Of a DNA stretch of 64,000 nucleotides, positions 28,739-39,754 are shown one piece after another. How positions within the stretch are numbered: position 1 is the first letter of the stretch; each line of letters opens with the position of its first letter. The stretch lies in contig OZ241889.1 of NCBI GenBank assembly GCA_965203355.1, positions 2,624,001 through 2,688,000 on the forward strand, written 5' to 3'. This DNA is from Candidatus Latescibacterota bacterium. GTDB taxonomy: Bacteria > Latescibacterota > UBA2968 > UBA8231. The notes beneath the pieces were generated by a model. The model ran no database searches and was not told the DNA's origin. It was given only the letters and a program-made list of their open reading frames with translations. Made by a program: the position numbers and the translations under genes.

Positions 28739-29044
28739 TCAACTCCCGGGCCGCCACTCGTTGAGCGTGCGGGCAAAGAGGATATCCGAGCGCGTGACGG
28801 CTCCTTCGCTGTGGGTTGTCACCGAGACGGCGATGGTGCGCTTGCCGGTATCCAAGGAAAAGTCGGGGTGGTGGTTCTGCTCGGTGATGGTGCGGGTCAG
28901 GTGGTTGAGGAACGAGGTGATGTCCTTGAAGTTGGCAAAGACGAAGTCGCGCGAGATGATGATGCCATCGCGGTGCCAACCTGCGAGGGATTGCAATTCG
29001 GCATCTACGGCGGCGGCACTGAGGGTGGTTTTGTCTTCGGTCAT
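28739..29044 (-). CDS. Pterin-4a-carbinolamine dehydratase
   Basis: EQNHHPD, TTHSEGAVTRSD. Confidence 0.92.
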   Translation of the reverse strand: MTEDKTTLSAAAVDAELQSLAGWHRDGIIISRDFVFANFKDITSFLNHLTRTITEQNHHPDFSLDTGKRTIAVSVTTHSEGAVTRSDILFARTLNEWRPGS

Positions 29045-29069
29045 GGCGGGTTACTCCTCGTTGAGATGG

Positions 29070-30179
29070 TTAAGTAGTTAGGATGCGGTGGATGCGGTCG
29101 GCGATGATTTCGGCTTCGCCGTCTAAGAGGGTTTGCGGCCCAACGCTGAGCGAAGTGTCGCCGCCGCTGACGAGGATCGACGGATCGCCTGCTTCAAGTG
29201 CGCGTGCCACGTCGCTGGCCGAGAGCGGGGCCGCCGCGCCAAAGTGCAGATGCACTAGCGGAGAGGCCGGCGGAAATTTGTTCTCGTAAGCCTTGGTAAA
29301 ACTAGCCTCAATACCGGCGATACCTTCGACGGCCTCGGCCACGATCCGGCCGCGGCGCTCCCACTCGGCCACGACCGCTGCTTCGTCCATTTCAAAGAAC
29401 AATTCGACAGCGCGGAGCAGGCCGCATATTTCCTCTTTGCCGACCTTCATGCCGCGACCAATGGCCGAGTGGGGGTTGGAGTTGAGGTGGCACGCGGCGA
29501 TCAGGTCTTGGCGCCCCAAGATCAGGCCCGATGACTGTGGCCCGAACAGGCCCTTGCCGCCGCTGAACACCGACAGGTCGCAGCCCATGGCCGGCAGGTC
29601 GGTCAGGTTGGAGCGCGGCGGCAATTGCGCGGCCGCATCAACGATGACCGGCACCTTGCGCTCGTGGGCCGCATGGACGAGCGCGGGCAACTCGGACAAG
29701 GGCTGGCTGCCGAGGAAATACACGACGGCCGCGGTTTTGGGGCCGATGCCGGCGACGTAATCGTCGAGCGTTGCGTTCTTGGTGGTACCGACTTTGACTA
29801 GTTCGCCGCCGCTGAGGCGAAAACCCTGATGGACGTAGTAATGCGGATCGACCCGGCTGATGACGAACTGGTTGGGTCGATTCCCGACATCGGGAAGTTG
29901 GGCAATGGCGCGCGCGTCGGTGCCGGTCAGGCAGGCCGCACCAGCCAAGAGCAGGCCACCGGCGGCACCCGAAGACACAAAGGCCGCTTCGGCACCGGTG
30001 AGCGCGGCGATGCGAGCGCCGGCTTTCTCGTGCAACTCGTTGAGGTGGACGAATTGGCGCGCCGCTTCGGCCATTGCTTCGACCACGGGTGCCGGCATGA
30101 TGGAGCCGCCGAGGGTGGTGATGGTGCCGCGGGCGTTGATGAAAGGGCGCAGGCCGAGGCGTTGATAGAGCGTGGGCAT
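29070..30179 (-). CDS. SelA/DgaE-like PLP-dependent enzyme
   Basis: Start MPTLYQRL; INARGTITTLGGS, VDAAA, FSGGK (PLP Lys), GRGMKVGKEEI. Confidence 0.88.
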   Translation of the reverse strand: MPTLYQRLGLRPFINARGTITTLGGSIMPAPVVEAMAEAARQFVHLNELHEKAGARIAALTGAEAAFVSSGAAGGLLLAGAACLTGTDARAIAQLPDVGNRPNQFVISRVDPHYYVHQGFRLSGGELVKVGTTKNATLDDYVAGIGPKTAAVVYFLGSQPLSELPALVHAAHERKVPVIVDAAAQLPPRSNLTDLPAMGCDLSVFSGGKGLFGPQSSGLILGRQDLIAACHLNSNPHSAIGRGMKVGKEEICGLLRAVELFFEMDEAAVVAEWERRGRIVAEAVEGIAGIEASFTKAYENKFPPASPLVHLHFGAAAPLSASDVARALEAGDPSILVSGGDTSLSVGPQTLLDGEAEIIADRIHRILTT

Positions 30180-30270
30180 GGGTAGGTTCCTTGGGGAAGG
30201 GATAGTTAGCAACTTTAGTAATAAATTACGCTTACCGTTCTTTCTCATAGTAAAGGGAGCGGTAAGGGAA

Positions 30271-31773
30271 CTACGTATCCAATTCGGCGATTTCGCGCAG
30301 TAATTCATTTTTTCTTTTTTTTTTAAAATCGTACATGCTGTGAGTTCCTTTCTTGCGATTGCATTCCGAGCACAGCAATTGCAGGTTCGCCAATTCGTTG
30401 CCACCCCCTTTACTTTTGGGCTTTATATGATCGACCTCCAACAAGCCATACTCTAAAAAACGACGACAAAAGGCACAATTACCACGCTGCTTACCAAACA
30501 GGTACTCTTTATTGAACATGCAATTGTACGGACGCTCCGACTCGGGCTTGGAGGCATCCAATAGCTCTTGCTCTTCTTCAGGGGAAAGGTCCGTCCGTTT
30601 ATGGACATTCTCCGAGTGTACCACATTGTAGAACAATTGGAATGTCTGGTACAGACGCGATTTTACCAATTCAGCCGCCAACGGCGATAAATCTACACCG
30701 GCCCACTGACGATTTAACTTCTCGGCCGCTACACAAGCCGTCGCACAGCCGCAAAATGGATCAAACACTAGGTCATCTGGATTACTGCTCGCCTTAATAA
30801 TGCGTTCCAACAGAGCCAATGGCTTCTGCGTCGGATATCCTAAACGCTCCTTTGCCTGTGCTGACAACGGCGGTATATCTAATACCATACCTGTCATAGC
30901 CGCCCCAGGCGATGTGCTCAGATAGCGTTTGAAGCCGGGGACGCCATTCGCTCTGCTCGGCCAGTGAATCAACCCGGCGGCATCGAGAAAATCCAATTTT
31001 TCTCGCGTTTTCATGGCATCCCAATTCGCAGGTTTCTCTACGTGATCGGGAAACGTGCCCGGACTTCCCCAATGCCTGCCCTTAGCTGTTACATCAATGC
31101 CCCGCCAAGGTTGCCCGGAGTCGCCGGTTCGTACCTCCGCTGCCGTGAGATCGCCTACTCGATACCTACCGTGCTCGTCCTCGTAGCGATAGAACTTTTG
31201 GATGTATTCAGGGTCGTGATCTCCATATACGAGATTAAACGTATTTTTATCGCTGGCCACATAGAACAAGAGCACATCGTGGACGACCGCGAATTTGCGA
31301 CTACCTGATTTCGAGGAGGTCCGTTTCCACACGATTTCATTGCGAAAATTATCTCGGCCAAACACCGCATCCATCACCAACTTCAGATAATGACTTGCGG
31401 TCGGATCGCAGTGTAGGTAAATAGAGCCGGTGTTCTTGAGAATGCGGCGCATCTCCAGCAGCCGCACGGCCATCATCGTCAGATACGACTGCATCCCTTC
31501 GCCATGAGCATACCGGGCCGTGTCGATCACGCGATACAGGGCTGGAGCTTTATGCGCGATCTTGCCATGCCACGACACGTCCAGATCAGATAACGTCCAC
31601 GTATCCTTGAAGGCTGCACCGGCTGCCGCACTACCTATCGGTGCGCTATACGTGCGATTGGAATTGAACGGAGGGTCTAGGTAGATCAAATCTACGCTCG
31701 ACGAGTTCATACCCCGCATAATATCGAGGTTGTCGCCCGTCCACAGCGTCCGATTCTGCCAATTTGCTGTCAT
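30271..31773 (-). CDS. Adenine DNA methyltransferase (beta class) fused to C-terminal HNH endonuclease
   Basis: LIYLDPPF, YPTQKP, DPFCGCAT; C-terminal CAFC...EVDHIKPKSKGG...NLQLLCSECNRKKG. Confidence 0.9.
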   Translation of the reverse strand: MTANWQNRTLWTGDNLDIMRGMNSSSVDLIYLDPPFNSNRTYSAPIGSAAAGAAFKDTWTLSDLDVSWHGKIAHKAPALYRVIDTARYAHGEGMQSYLTMMAVRLLEMRRILKNTGSIYLHCDPTASHYLKLVMDAVFGRDNFRNEIVWKRTSSKSGSRKFAVVHDVLLFYVASDKNTFNLVYGDHDPEYIQKFYRYEDEHGRYRVGDLTAAEVRTGDSGQPWRGIDVTAKGRHWGSPGTFPDHVEKPANWDAMKTREKLDFLDAAGLIHWPSRANGVPGFKRYLSTSPGAAMTGMVLDIPPLSAQAKERLGYPTQKPLALLERIIKASSNPDDLVFDPFCGCATACVAAEKLNRQWAGVDLSPLAAELVKSRLYQTFQLFYNVVHSENVHKRTDLSPEEEQELLDASKPESERPYNCMFNKEYLFGKQRGNCAFCRRFLEYGLLEVDHIKPKSKGGGNELANLQLLCSECNRKKGTHSMYDFKKKRKNELLREIAELDT

Positions 31774-31819
31774 AGTTTGGGCTATCTTTTGTTAGAAGAA
31801 TCGCGATTTGGAATCTATT

Positions 31820-31860
31820 AAAAAAAGAAAGCGGGCGGGATGAAACACCCCGCCCGCTTT
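31820..31860 (-). terminator. Rho-independent terminator of groESL
   Basis: AAAGCGGGCGGG / CCCGCCCGCTTT stem followed by a U-tract on the minus strand. Confidence 0.85.
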
Positions 31861-31881
31861 TGCGCGTTTACTCGGCCTCCC

Positions 31882-33534
<1,653 letters not shown>

Positions 33535-33831
33535 TTAGGCTACGATGGCGAGGATGTCGTCTTCGCGCATGATCAGATATTCTTCGCCCTCGATCTTGAC
33601 CTCGGTGCCCGAGTACTTGCCGATGAGGACCTTGTCGCCCACGCTCACTTCCAAGCCGACGCGCTCGCCGTCTTCAACGCGCCCGGGGCCGACGGCGACG
33701 ATCTCGGCTTCTTGGGGCTTTTCTTTGGCCGTGTCCGGGATGATGATCCCACCGACCTTCTGCTCTTCGGCCTCGTCGAGACGCTTGACTAACACGCGGT
33801 CGGCGAGGGGCTTAATATTGATAGTGGCCAT
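33535..33831 (-). CDS. groS: Co-chaperonin GroES
   Basis: [27 protein letters not shown]; AAGGAG RBS. Confidence 0.98.
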   Translation of the reverse strand: MATINIKPLADRVLVKRLDEAEEQKVGGIIIPDTAKEKPQEAEIVAVGPGRVEDGERVGLEVSVGDKVLIGKYSGTEVKIEGEEYLIMREDDILAIVA

Positions 33832-33875
33832 GATGGACTTCTCCTTTTAAGGGTAAAATGGCTATCGGCTGTATA

Positions 33876-33892
33876 TGCAAAATTCGTGCCAA
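33876..33892 (-). promoter_or_regulatory. sigma54 (-24/-12) promoter of groESL
   Basis: Minus strand TTGGCACGAATTTTGCA matches TGGCACG-N4-TTGCW; about 45 bp upstream of the groES start. Confidence 0.8.
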
Positions 33893-34108
33893 TGGACGAA
33901 AGTTTTGCTAGTATCTTGTTTATAAAGGACTTATGCCGTACCTTGCCATCGGGCGGTGACTGGATGTTTTCCCATATTGATAATATATTAAAAAAACAAA
34001 GGTGAAATCTATGTATAAGTATATTAAAAATAACCTATTGCTCCTTTTTCTCTATATGAAAATAAAAGACGCTAATTCTCATTATGAAAACGAAAAATTG
34101 AGGGAATA

Positions 34109-34891
34109 ATGAACTGGGATGACCAACGAGTTGTGCTGACTGGAGCTAGCAGCGGCATCGGGCACGCCTTGGCTCTCGTACTGGCCGAGCGCGGGGCGCG
34201 TTTGGCGTTGGTGGCGCGCCGCGCCCGGGCCCTCGCCGAACTCGGAGCGGCGATTGAAGAAAGCGGCGGTCGCCAGCCGTTGGTGGTGCCGTGCGACGTG
34301 GGCGATCGGGCCCAAGTCCGTGCTTTGTACGCCGAGGTCGAAGCGCAATGGGGGGGGGCCGACGTGCTGATCAACAACGCCGGTCGGGGGCATTATCGCT
34401 CCTTTGCCGATGCGGATGTGCGTGCATGCGAAGCCGTGGTGCAAACGAACCTACTCGGTGCCATCTACTGCACCCGAGCCTTCCTACCGGGGATGTTGGC
34501 GCAAGGGCGGGGCCGATTGGTCTTCATATCGAGTATTGTCGGCGAATTCCCCGTGCCCAAGCACGCCGTGTACAGCGCGACCAAATGCGCGGTGAGTGGC
34601 TTGGCCGAAAGCCTCGACTACGAGCTGGCCCCGCAGGGCATTGGCGTCCACCTCGTGGAGCCGGGCTTGGTGCATACCGAATTTGCCGCGCGGGCTGGTA
34701 CGCAGCACCTACTAGTGCAGAAAAAATTCGCCAAGTCGGCCGAGGAAGTGGCTACAGCCATCGCCGACGCCGTAGCCGCGGGCAAGCGCAAGAGCGTACC
34801 AGACGCCGCCGCGCTTTTGTTGATCAAATTGCGCCAGTATGTACCCGGCTTGACGCGGTGGGCTTTTCGGCGGATCGGCCGTCGGCTCTAG
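34109..34891 (+). CDS. Short-chain dehydrogenase/reductase
   Basis: TGASSGIG, NNAG, YSATK. Confidence 0.93.
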   Translation: MNWDDQRVVLTGASSGIGHALALVLAERGARLALVARRARALAELGAAIEESGGRQPLVVPCDVGDRAQVRALYAEVEAQWGGADVLINNAGRGHYRSFADADVRACEAVVQTNLLGAIYCTRAFLPGMLAQGRGRLVFISSIVGEFPVPKHAVYSATKCAVSGLAESLDYELAPQGIGVHLVEPGLVHTEFAARAGTQHLLVQKKFAKSAEEVATAIADAVAAGKRKSVPDAAALLLIKLRQYVPGLTRWAFRRIGRRL

Positions 34892-34897
34892 GCCGTG

Positions 34898-35680
34898 CTA
34901 TTGAGCGGTGTACCCGCCATCGACGACTAAGGTCGCCCCAGTGGTAAAGCCAGAGGCTGCTGAGGCAAAGTAGAGGACGGCCGTGGCCAATTCGGCCGGT
35001 TCGCCCCAGCGGTCCATGGGGACCTTGGCGATCATGGCGCGCGCTTTGGCCGGGTTTTGTAGCAGGATGGCGTTGATCGGGGTGATAAAGGGGCCGGGGC
35101 AGATGGCGTTGACCGTGATCCCGTGCGATGCCCATTCAAGGGCGAGCGTCTTGGTGAGCTGGACGATGCCGCCTTTGCTCGATGCATACGGCGTGCGGTC
35201 GGCGATTGAGACCTGAGACACGGTGGAGCCGAGGTTGATGACGCGGCCGTACCCGCGCTCGATCATCTGCGGCCCCACCGCTCGGCAGTAGTACATCGGG
35301 CCGGTGAGGTTGATGGCGATGACCGCGTCCCAATCCTCGTCGCGCAGTTCGACGATCGGGCTGCGGATGTTGATGCCGGCGTTGTTGACCAGAATGTCGA
35401 TGGGGCCTAAGGCGTCGTTAGTTTGGCGCACCGAGGCTTCCACTTGGGCGCGGTCGGCTGCATCGGCTTGAAACGCGAGCACGCGGCCGTTGGTGTGAGC
35501 ACTGATTTGCGCGGCGGCGGCGCGGGCTTCTTCCTCGTTGCGGCTGGTGAGAGCTACGTCGGCCCCAGCCGCCGACAGCGCGCCGGCCATGGCTTCGCCG
35601 AGGCCCTTGCTGCCGCCTGTCACCAAGGCCGTGCGGCCCTTGAGGCTGAAGAGGTCGAGCGCGGAAGATGGGATCTTCAT
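34898..35680 (-). CDS. Short-chain dehydrogenase/reductase (gluconate 5-dehydrogenase-like)
   Basis: [21 protein letters not shown]. Confidence 0.93.
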   Translation of the reverse strand: MKIPSSALDLFSLKGRTALVTGGSKGLGEAMAGALSAAGADVALTSRNEEEARAAAAQISAHTNGRVLAFQADAADRAQVEASVRQTNDALGPIDILVNNAGINIRSPIVELRDEDWDAVIAINLTGPMYYCRAVGPQMIERGYGRVINLGSTVSQVSIADRTPYASSKGGIVQLTKTLALEWASHGITVNAICPGPFITPINAILLQNPAKARAMIAKVPMDRWGEPAELATAVLYFASAASGFTTGATLVVDGGYTAQ

Positions 35681-35922
35681 AGGGAGGACCAGCCTTCGGC
35701 CTCGACCATGGACTTGGCGAGGTCGCCCAACTCGGCGACTAGCTCGGCTTGATCTTGGGCGCGGGCCTTATGGGTGATCTGCATGGTTAGGGCGATCAGC
35801 CCCAAGCCGAAGATCCGCTGCAAGCTCTGCGGCGAATCTGGTTTGAGGTCGGGAATCAGCTCGGATAGGCGGTTGAGCAGGTCGCGGTGCTCAGTGGGAA
35901 TTTCAATAACTTCCAAGGACAT
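35677..35922 (-). CDS. Small hypothetical protein (81 aa)
   Basis: [19 protein letters not shown]...; ATGA-coupled to downstream SDR. Confidence 0.6.
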   Translation of the reverse strand: MSLEVIEIPTEHRDLLNRLSELIPDLKPDSPQSLQRIFGLGLIALTMQITHKARAQDQAELVAELGDLAKSMVEAEGWSSL

Positions 35923-35957
35923 AGTGGCATTAAAGGTAACGCATGGCCTAGTGGCGG

Positions 35958-36803
35958 TCAAAGTTCCACCTCGCGGGCGACGAAGTGTTCGCCATCTTGG
36001 ACGATGCGGCTCCACGGCGCGTCGGGATCGTGGTCCCAAGCCACGATCCACCCTTGGGCGGCCGCCTCTTCAGCAAAGCGTTGTTTGCGGGTCAAGGTCT
36101 GGTAGGGAAACATGTCGTAGGCCATGTTCCAATAGGGCCGCAGATGAGGGCGCGTGGGGATTAGCTCGCCGGGATAGACGAGGGTATGGCCGCTAGTTTC
36201 GAGGCGAAAGCCCTGATGAGCGCGGGTGTGCCCGCCGGTGACAAAGGCCGTTAGGCCGGGCATTAATGCGTCGTTGCCGTCGAGGAAGCGCATCTCGACT
36301 TGGCGGGCGAGGGTGTGTAGTTCCGCGGGCCGGTAGCTGCTCCGCATGGTGCTGCGGCCAGCCAAGGCGTCGTCCCATTCGCCGCGTTGTACCGCGTGGA
36401 CGGCGTTGGGAAAGAGCGGCTCTAGGCCCATAGGCCCCTCGACGAGACAGCCGCTGAAGTGGTCGAAGTGCAGGTGGGTAAGCGCGACCATGGTGATCGC
36501 CTCCAAGGCCACGCCGGCCGCGGCGAGCGAACCACGCAGTGTGCGTACGCCGTCCACGCCGTACAGGGTGCGCTCGCGCAAGGTAAAACGCTCGCCAAAC
36601 CCAGCGTCGAGCAGCACGAGGTCGCGGCTCGTTTTCAGGAGCAGGCAGTTGCACGATAGGCGGATGCGATTGTGCTCGTCGGCCGTGGCCGTGCGCTGCC
36701 ACAGGGCTTTGGGTACTAGGCCGAACATGGCGCCCCCGTCAAGGCGAAAGTCGCCGCCGGGTACGTGTACGGCCTCGGCGGTGCCTAGGTCGAGCGTGTG
36801 CAT
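35958..36803 (-). CDS. MBL-fold metallo-hydrolase (YtnP-like)
   Basis: LDGGAMFG.VP, THLHFDH, GGHT..H, HDP. Confidence 0.92.
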   Translation of the reverse strand: MHTLDLGTAEAVHVPGGDFRLDGGAMFGLVPKALWQRTATADEHNRIRLSCNCLLLKTSRDLVLLDAGFGERFTLRERTLYGVDGVRTLRGSLAAAGVALEAITMVALTHLHFDHFSGCLVEGPMGLEPLFPNAVHAVQRGEWDDALAGRSTMRSSYRPAELHTLARQVEMRFLDGNDALMPGLTAFVTGGHTRAHQGFRLETSGHTLVYPGELIPTRPHLRPYWNMAYDMFPYQTLTRKQRFAEEAAAQGWIVAWDHDPDAPWSRIVQDGEHFVAREVEL

Positions 36804-37792
36804 TAGCGGTGGACGAGGACCTCGACGCCCTCAGTGGCAAATTGGCAACGCATCTCACGCAGGCCCTCTTGGGCCATACTTGTGCGCAGCTTGGCGTGGT
36901 GTTTAGCCGGGCAATAGAACATGAGGAAACCACCACCGCCCGCTCCTAGCAGCTTGCCGCCGAGGGCACCAGCGGCGCGGCCAGCCGCGTACCAGCGGTC
37001 GATAGCCGCATTGGATATTTGCTGTGCCCGCTGTTTTTTGGCCAACCAGTGCTCGTGGAGCAACTCGCCGAAGCGGTCCAGCGCGTCCTGTTCGAGTGCC
37101 GCCTTGATCTGGTAGCCGATCTGCTTGGTCTGATGCAAGCTGTCTAACACCCGGTCGTCGCCTTGTTGGGTGTCTTGATTTTGCTGGGCGAGGATGTCCG
37201 AGCTCTCGCGCCGAATGCCAGTGAAAAAGACCAGCATGTTGGCCGCTAGGGCCCGGGCCGTGGGCGCGGAGATCGCTAAGGGCGCGACCGCGACGCGGCC
37301 GCTGGTGTCGATGTCGAGACAAGTCAGGCCACCGAAACTGCCCAAGTAGTGGTCGTGTTTGCCCGCTGGCTGAGCGGCCTGCACTGTTTCGATATAGTGG
37401 GCTTCCTCGGCGAGCGTTTGGGGGGAAGGCTGTTCGCGCTTATAGGCGTGTAGCGCGGCCAGCAATGCCACGGTGAACGCGCCCGACGACCCCAAACCCG
37501 TGCGCCCCGGCACGTCGGACATCGCGCTGATTTCGATCCCGCCCTCGATCTGGGCATGGGTCAGGGCTTCGCGCAGCAGGGGGTGTTGAATCTGGCTAGG
37601 GGTAGCGACCTTTTCGGTCTGCGAGTACTTGACGCGGATGAAGTCTTCTACCTTGAGGTCGTTGAGCTGGATATAGACGTATTTGTCGATGCCCGCGCTG
37701 AGCACAAAGCCGCCGTAGTGGGTGTAATAGGAGGCTAGGTCGGTGCCGCCGCCGCCGAGCGGGATGCGCAAGGGTGCTCTGGTAATGATCAA
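36803..37792 (-). CDS. GHMP kinase, HddA-like heptose-7-phosphate kinase
   Basis: APLRIPLGGGGTD, GLGSSG, GGKLLGAGGGGF. Confidence 0.9.
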   Translation of the reverse strand: MIITRAPLRIPLGGGGTDLASYYTHYGGFVLSAGIDKYVYIQLNDLKVEDFIRVKYSQTEKVATPSQIQHPLLREALTHAQIEGGIEISAMSDVPGRTGLGSSGAFTVALLAALHAYKREQPSPQTLAEEAHYIETVQAAQPAGKHDHYLGSFGGLTCLDIDTSGRVAVAPLAISAPTARALAANMLVFFTGIRRESSDILAQQNQDTQQGDDRVLDSLHQTKQIGYQIKAALEQDALDRFGELLHEHWLAKKQRAQQISNAAIDRWYAAGRAAGALGGKLLGAGGGGFLMFYCPAKHHAKLRTSMAQEGLREMRCQFATEGVEVLVHR

Positions 37793-37804
37793 ACTAGCCT
37801 CGTT

Positions 37805-38524
37805 TCAAGGGAGGACAAAAGCACCTGAATCTACGCATTGGCAGGCGTGGCGATAGCGCGCTGGCGTATCGGTCGAAAGGAGCTGACCTTGCAGGGGATG
37901 CCCGAGCAGGGGGCGCCCGGCGGCGAGCAAGTCGGCAAAGACCGCGCTGAAGTCGCAGGGGATATTCGGCGGGATGCGGTCGAGGATTTCGGGTTGGAGG
38001 GCATAAATCCCGGCATTGACCCAATAGTTGTCAAAGACTTGGTCGGCCCGCGGTTTTTCGATGAATCGCTCGATGCGGTGGCGTGCGTCGAGGCCGACGA
38101 TGCCCCGCGTGGTCGGGTCGTCCATCCACAAAAGCCCGATGCTGGCGATTGCGCCCTCGCGCTGATGGGTTTGCCACAAGTCGCCTAAGTCAAAGTTAGT
38201 CAGGTTGTCTCCGTAGTACACTAAAAAAGGGCTTTCGAAGCAGTCGGCCACTTGCCGCACCGCGCCCGCAGTGCCTAGTAGCTCATTTTCCAGCGAGTAC
38301 GCAATCGACACCCCCCAGGCCCGGCCATTGCCGAAATAGTCGGCGATAACTTGGGGTAAGTGGTGGAGATTGATGACCAGGTCGTCGAATCCGTGCCGCG
38401 CCAACAGGCGCACGACGTATTCGAGCAGGGGTTTGTCGGCAAAGGGGACCATGGCCTTGGGGAGCGCGTTGGTGAGTGGGCGCAGGCGCGTGCCGCGTCC
38501 GGCGGCTAGGATCATCGCCTTCAC
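37805..38524 (-). CDS. Sugar-phosphate nucleotidyltransferase (HddC/mannose-1-P guanylyltransferase-like)
   Basis: GTG start; ILAAGRGTRLRPLT...PK, LGTAG, YGD, NAGIY. Confidence 0.92.
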   Translation of the reverse strand: MKAMILAAGRGTRLRPLTNALPKAMVPFADKPLLEYVVRLLARHGFDDLVINLHHLPQVIADYFGNGRAWGVSIAYSLENELLGTAGAVRQVADCFESPFLVYYGDNLTNFDLGDLWQTHQREGAIASIGLLWMDDPTTRGIVGLDARHRIERFIEKPRADQVFDNYWVNAGIYALQPEILDRIPPNIPCDFSAVFADLLAAGRPLLGHPLQGQLLSTDTPARYRHACQCVDSGAFVLP

Positions 38525-39636
38525 GCGCGTGCCCGGCGGAGAACGTTGGCAGCGCGCATGTTCGCTTGGGCCGCGGCGTAGCAGTCCGCGAGATTGGGCT
38601 GCCGTTTGACCCATTCGATGTATTGGCCAACGGTCCGTTCGAGCGAGACCTCGGGCTGCCAGCCGAGCGCTTGCAGCGCCGCGCCAGAGGAGACGGTGTG
38701 GCGGGTGTCGCCAAAGCGGTATTCGCCGCTGACGAGCGGTTCGCTAGCCCGCCCGGCAATGCGCGTTACGAGTTCGGCGTATTCGAGGACGGTGGTGCCG
38801 CGCGGTCCAGCGACATTGAAGGCGCGAAAATTGGCGCGTTCATCTTCGAGACAGAGCACATTGGCGCGGGCCACATCGCCGACATATACGTAGTCGCGCA
38901 GCGATTGGCCGTCTTCGTAGCAGACCGGGGGTTGGCCGTGCAGGACGCGGAGGGCAAAAATGCGGCCAATGCCCGAGTAGGCATTGAAAAAGGAATTGCG
39001 CGGCCCTTGGACGATAGAGTAGCGCATATTGACCGTGGGAATGTCGTATTTGCGGCCGAGGCTGAAGGAGGTCAGTTCGGCTGCGTATTTAGAGATGCCA
39101 TAGGGGGTGTGGGGATTGACGGTGTCTTCCGTGATCGGCTGGTGTTCGAGTGCAGCGGCGCAGTGCGGGCAGCGAACCGCCCATTCCGCTCGGGCTAGCT
39201 GCGCGTCAGGGCGGGCATCGGGATAGACGATGCCGTGTGTGCCGCAGCGGTATTTGCCCTCGCCATAGACGGCTTGCGACGAGGCCAAGACGACTTTTCG
39301 CACGGGCAACTTCTCGGCGACGATCAACTCGTAGAGCAGGGTGGCACCGACCGTGTTGACGTGGTGGAAGGTAGAAAAGTCTGGCATGTAGTCTTGGTAG
39401 GCAGCTAAGTGAATGACGCCATCCATGCCGTCGAGCGCGGCCCGCCAGTCGGCGCGTTGACGCACGTCGCCGCGCATTTTTTCCACCCCGGTGGGCAGAT
39501 AGTCGGGCCAGCCGGCGGGATGGACCCGCTTTTGGAGGGCGTCGAGGATGCGGACGCGATAGCCCGCGGCAACGAGGCGATCTACGGTGTGCGAGCCGAT
39601 AAAGCCGGCGCCGCCTGTGACTAGAATGTGGCGCAT
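38521..39636 (-). CDS. NAD-dependent epimerase/dehydratase
   Basis: TGGAGFIG, HLAA, YGISK, RDYVYV; CxxH/CxxC insert. Confidence 0.92.
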   Translation of the reverse strand: MRHILVTGGAGFIGSHTVDRLVAAGYRVRILDALQKRVHPAGWPDYLPTGVEKMRGDVRQRADWRAALDGMDGVIHLAAYQDYMPDFSTFHHVNTVGATLLYELIVAEKLPVRKVVLASSQAVYGEGKYRCGTHGIVYPDARPDAQLARAEWAVRCPHCAAALEHQPITEDTVNPHTPYGISKYAAELTSFSLGRKYDIPTVNMRYSIVQGPRNSFFNAYSGIGRIFALRVLHGQPPVCYEDGQSLRDYVYVGDVARANVLCLEDERANFRAFNVAGPRGTTVLEYAELVTRIAGRASEPLVSGEYRFGDTRHTVSSGAALQALGWQPEVSLERTVGQYIEWVKRQPNLADCYAAAQANMRAANVLRRARA

Positions 39637-39754
39637 GAGTTGTACTCTAAGATAAATAGGGCGCGAAATCCCGGCCAAAGGCGGCGTGGTTGACAGAAAA
39701 TCGCTGTTGTATGGATTTTCAGAGGCCCAATAAATTGAACGGACAAAACCGAGT

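Noticed and set aside
29070-30179. True selenocysteine synthase selA
   Set aside because: Shorter than SelA, with no selB/selD/tRNA-Sec nearby; better described as SelA/DgaE-like
30180-30404. N-terminal extension of the PLP enzyme, or an MTase-HNH/SelA fusion by slippage at the A10 run (30315-30324)
   Set aside because: The extension overlaps the HNH gene in another frame and has no family features; the PLP enzyme has its own start at 30179; the open frame is probably chance
33832-34108. CIRCE element upstream of groES
   Set aside because: No TTAGCACTC-N9-GAGTGCTAA match seen
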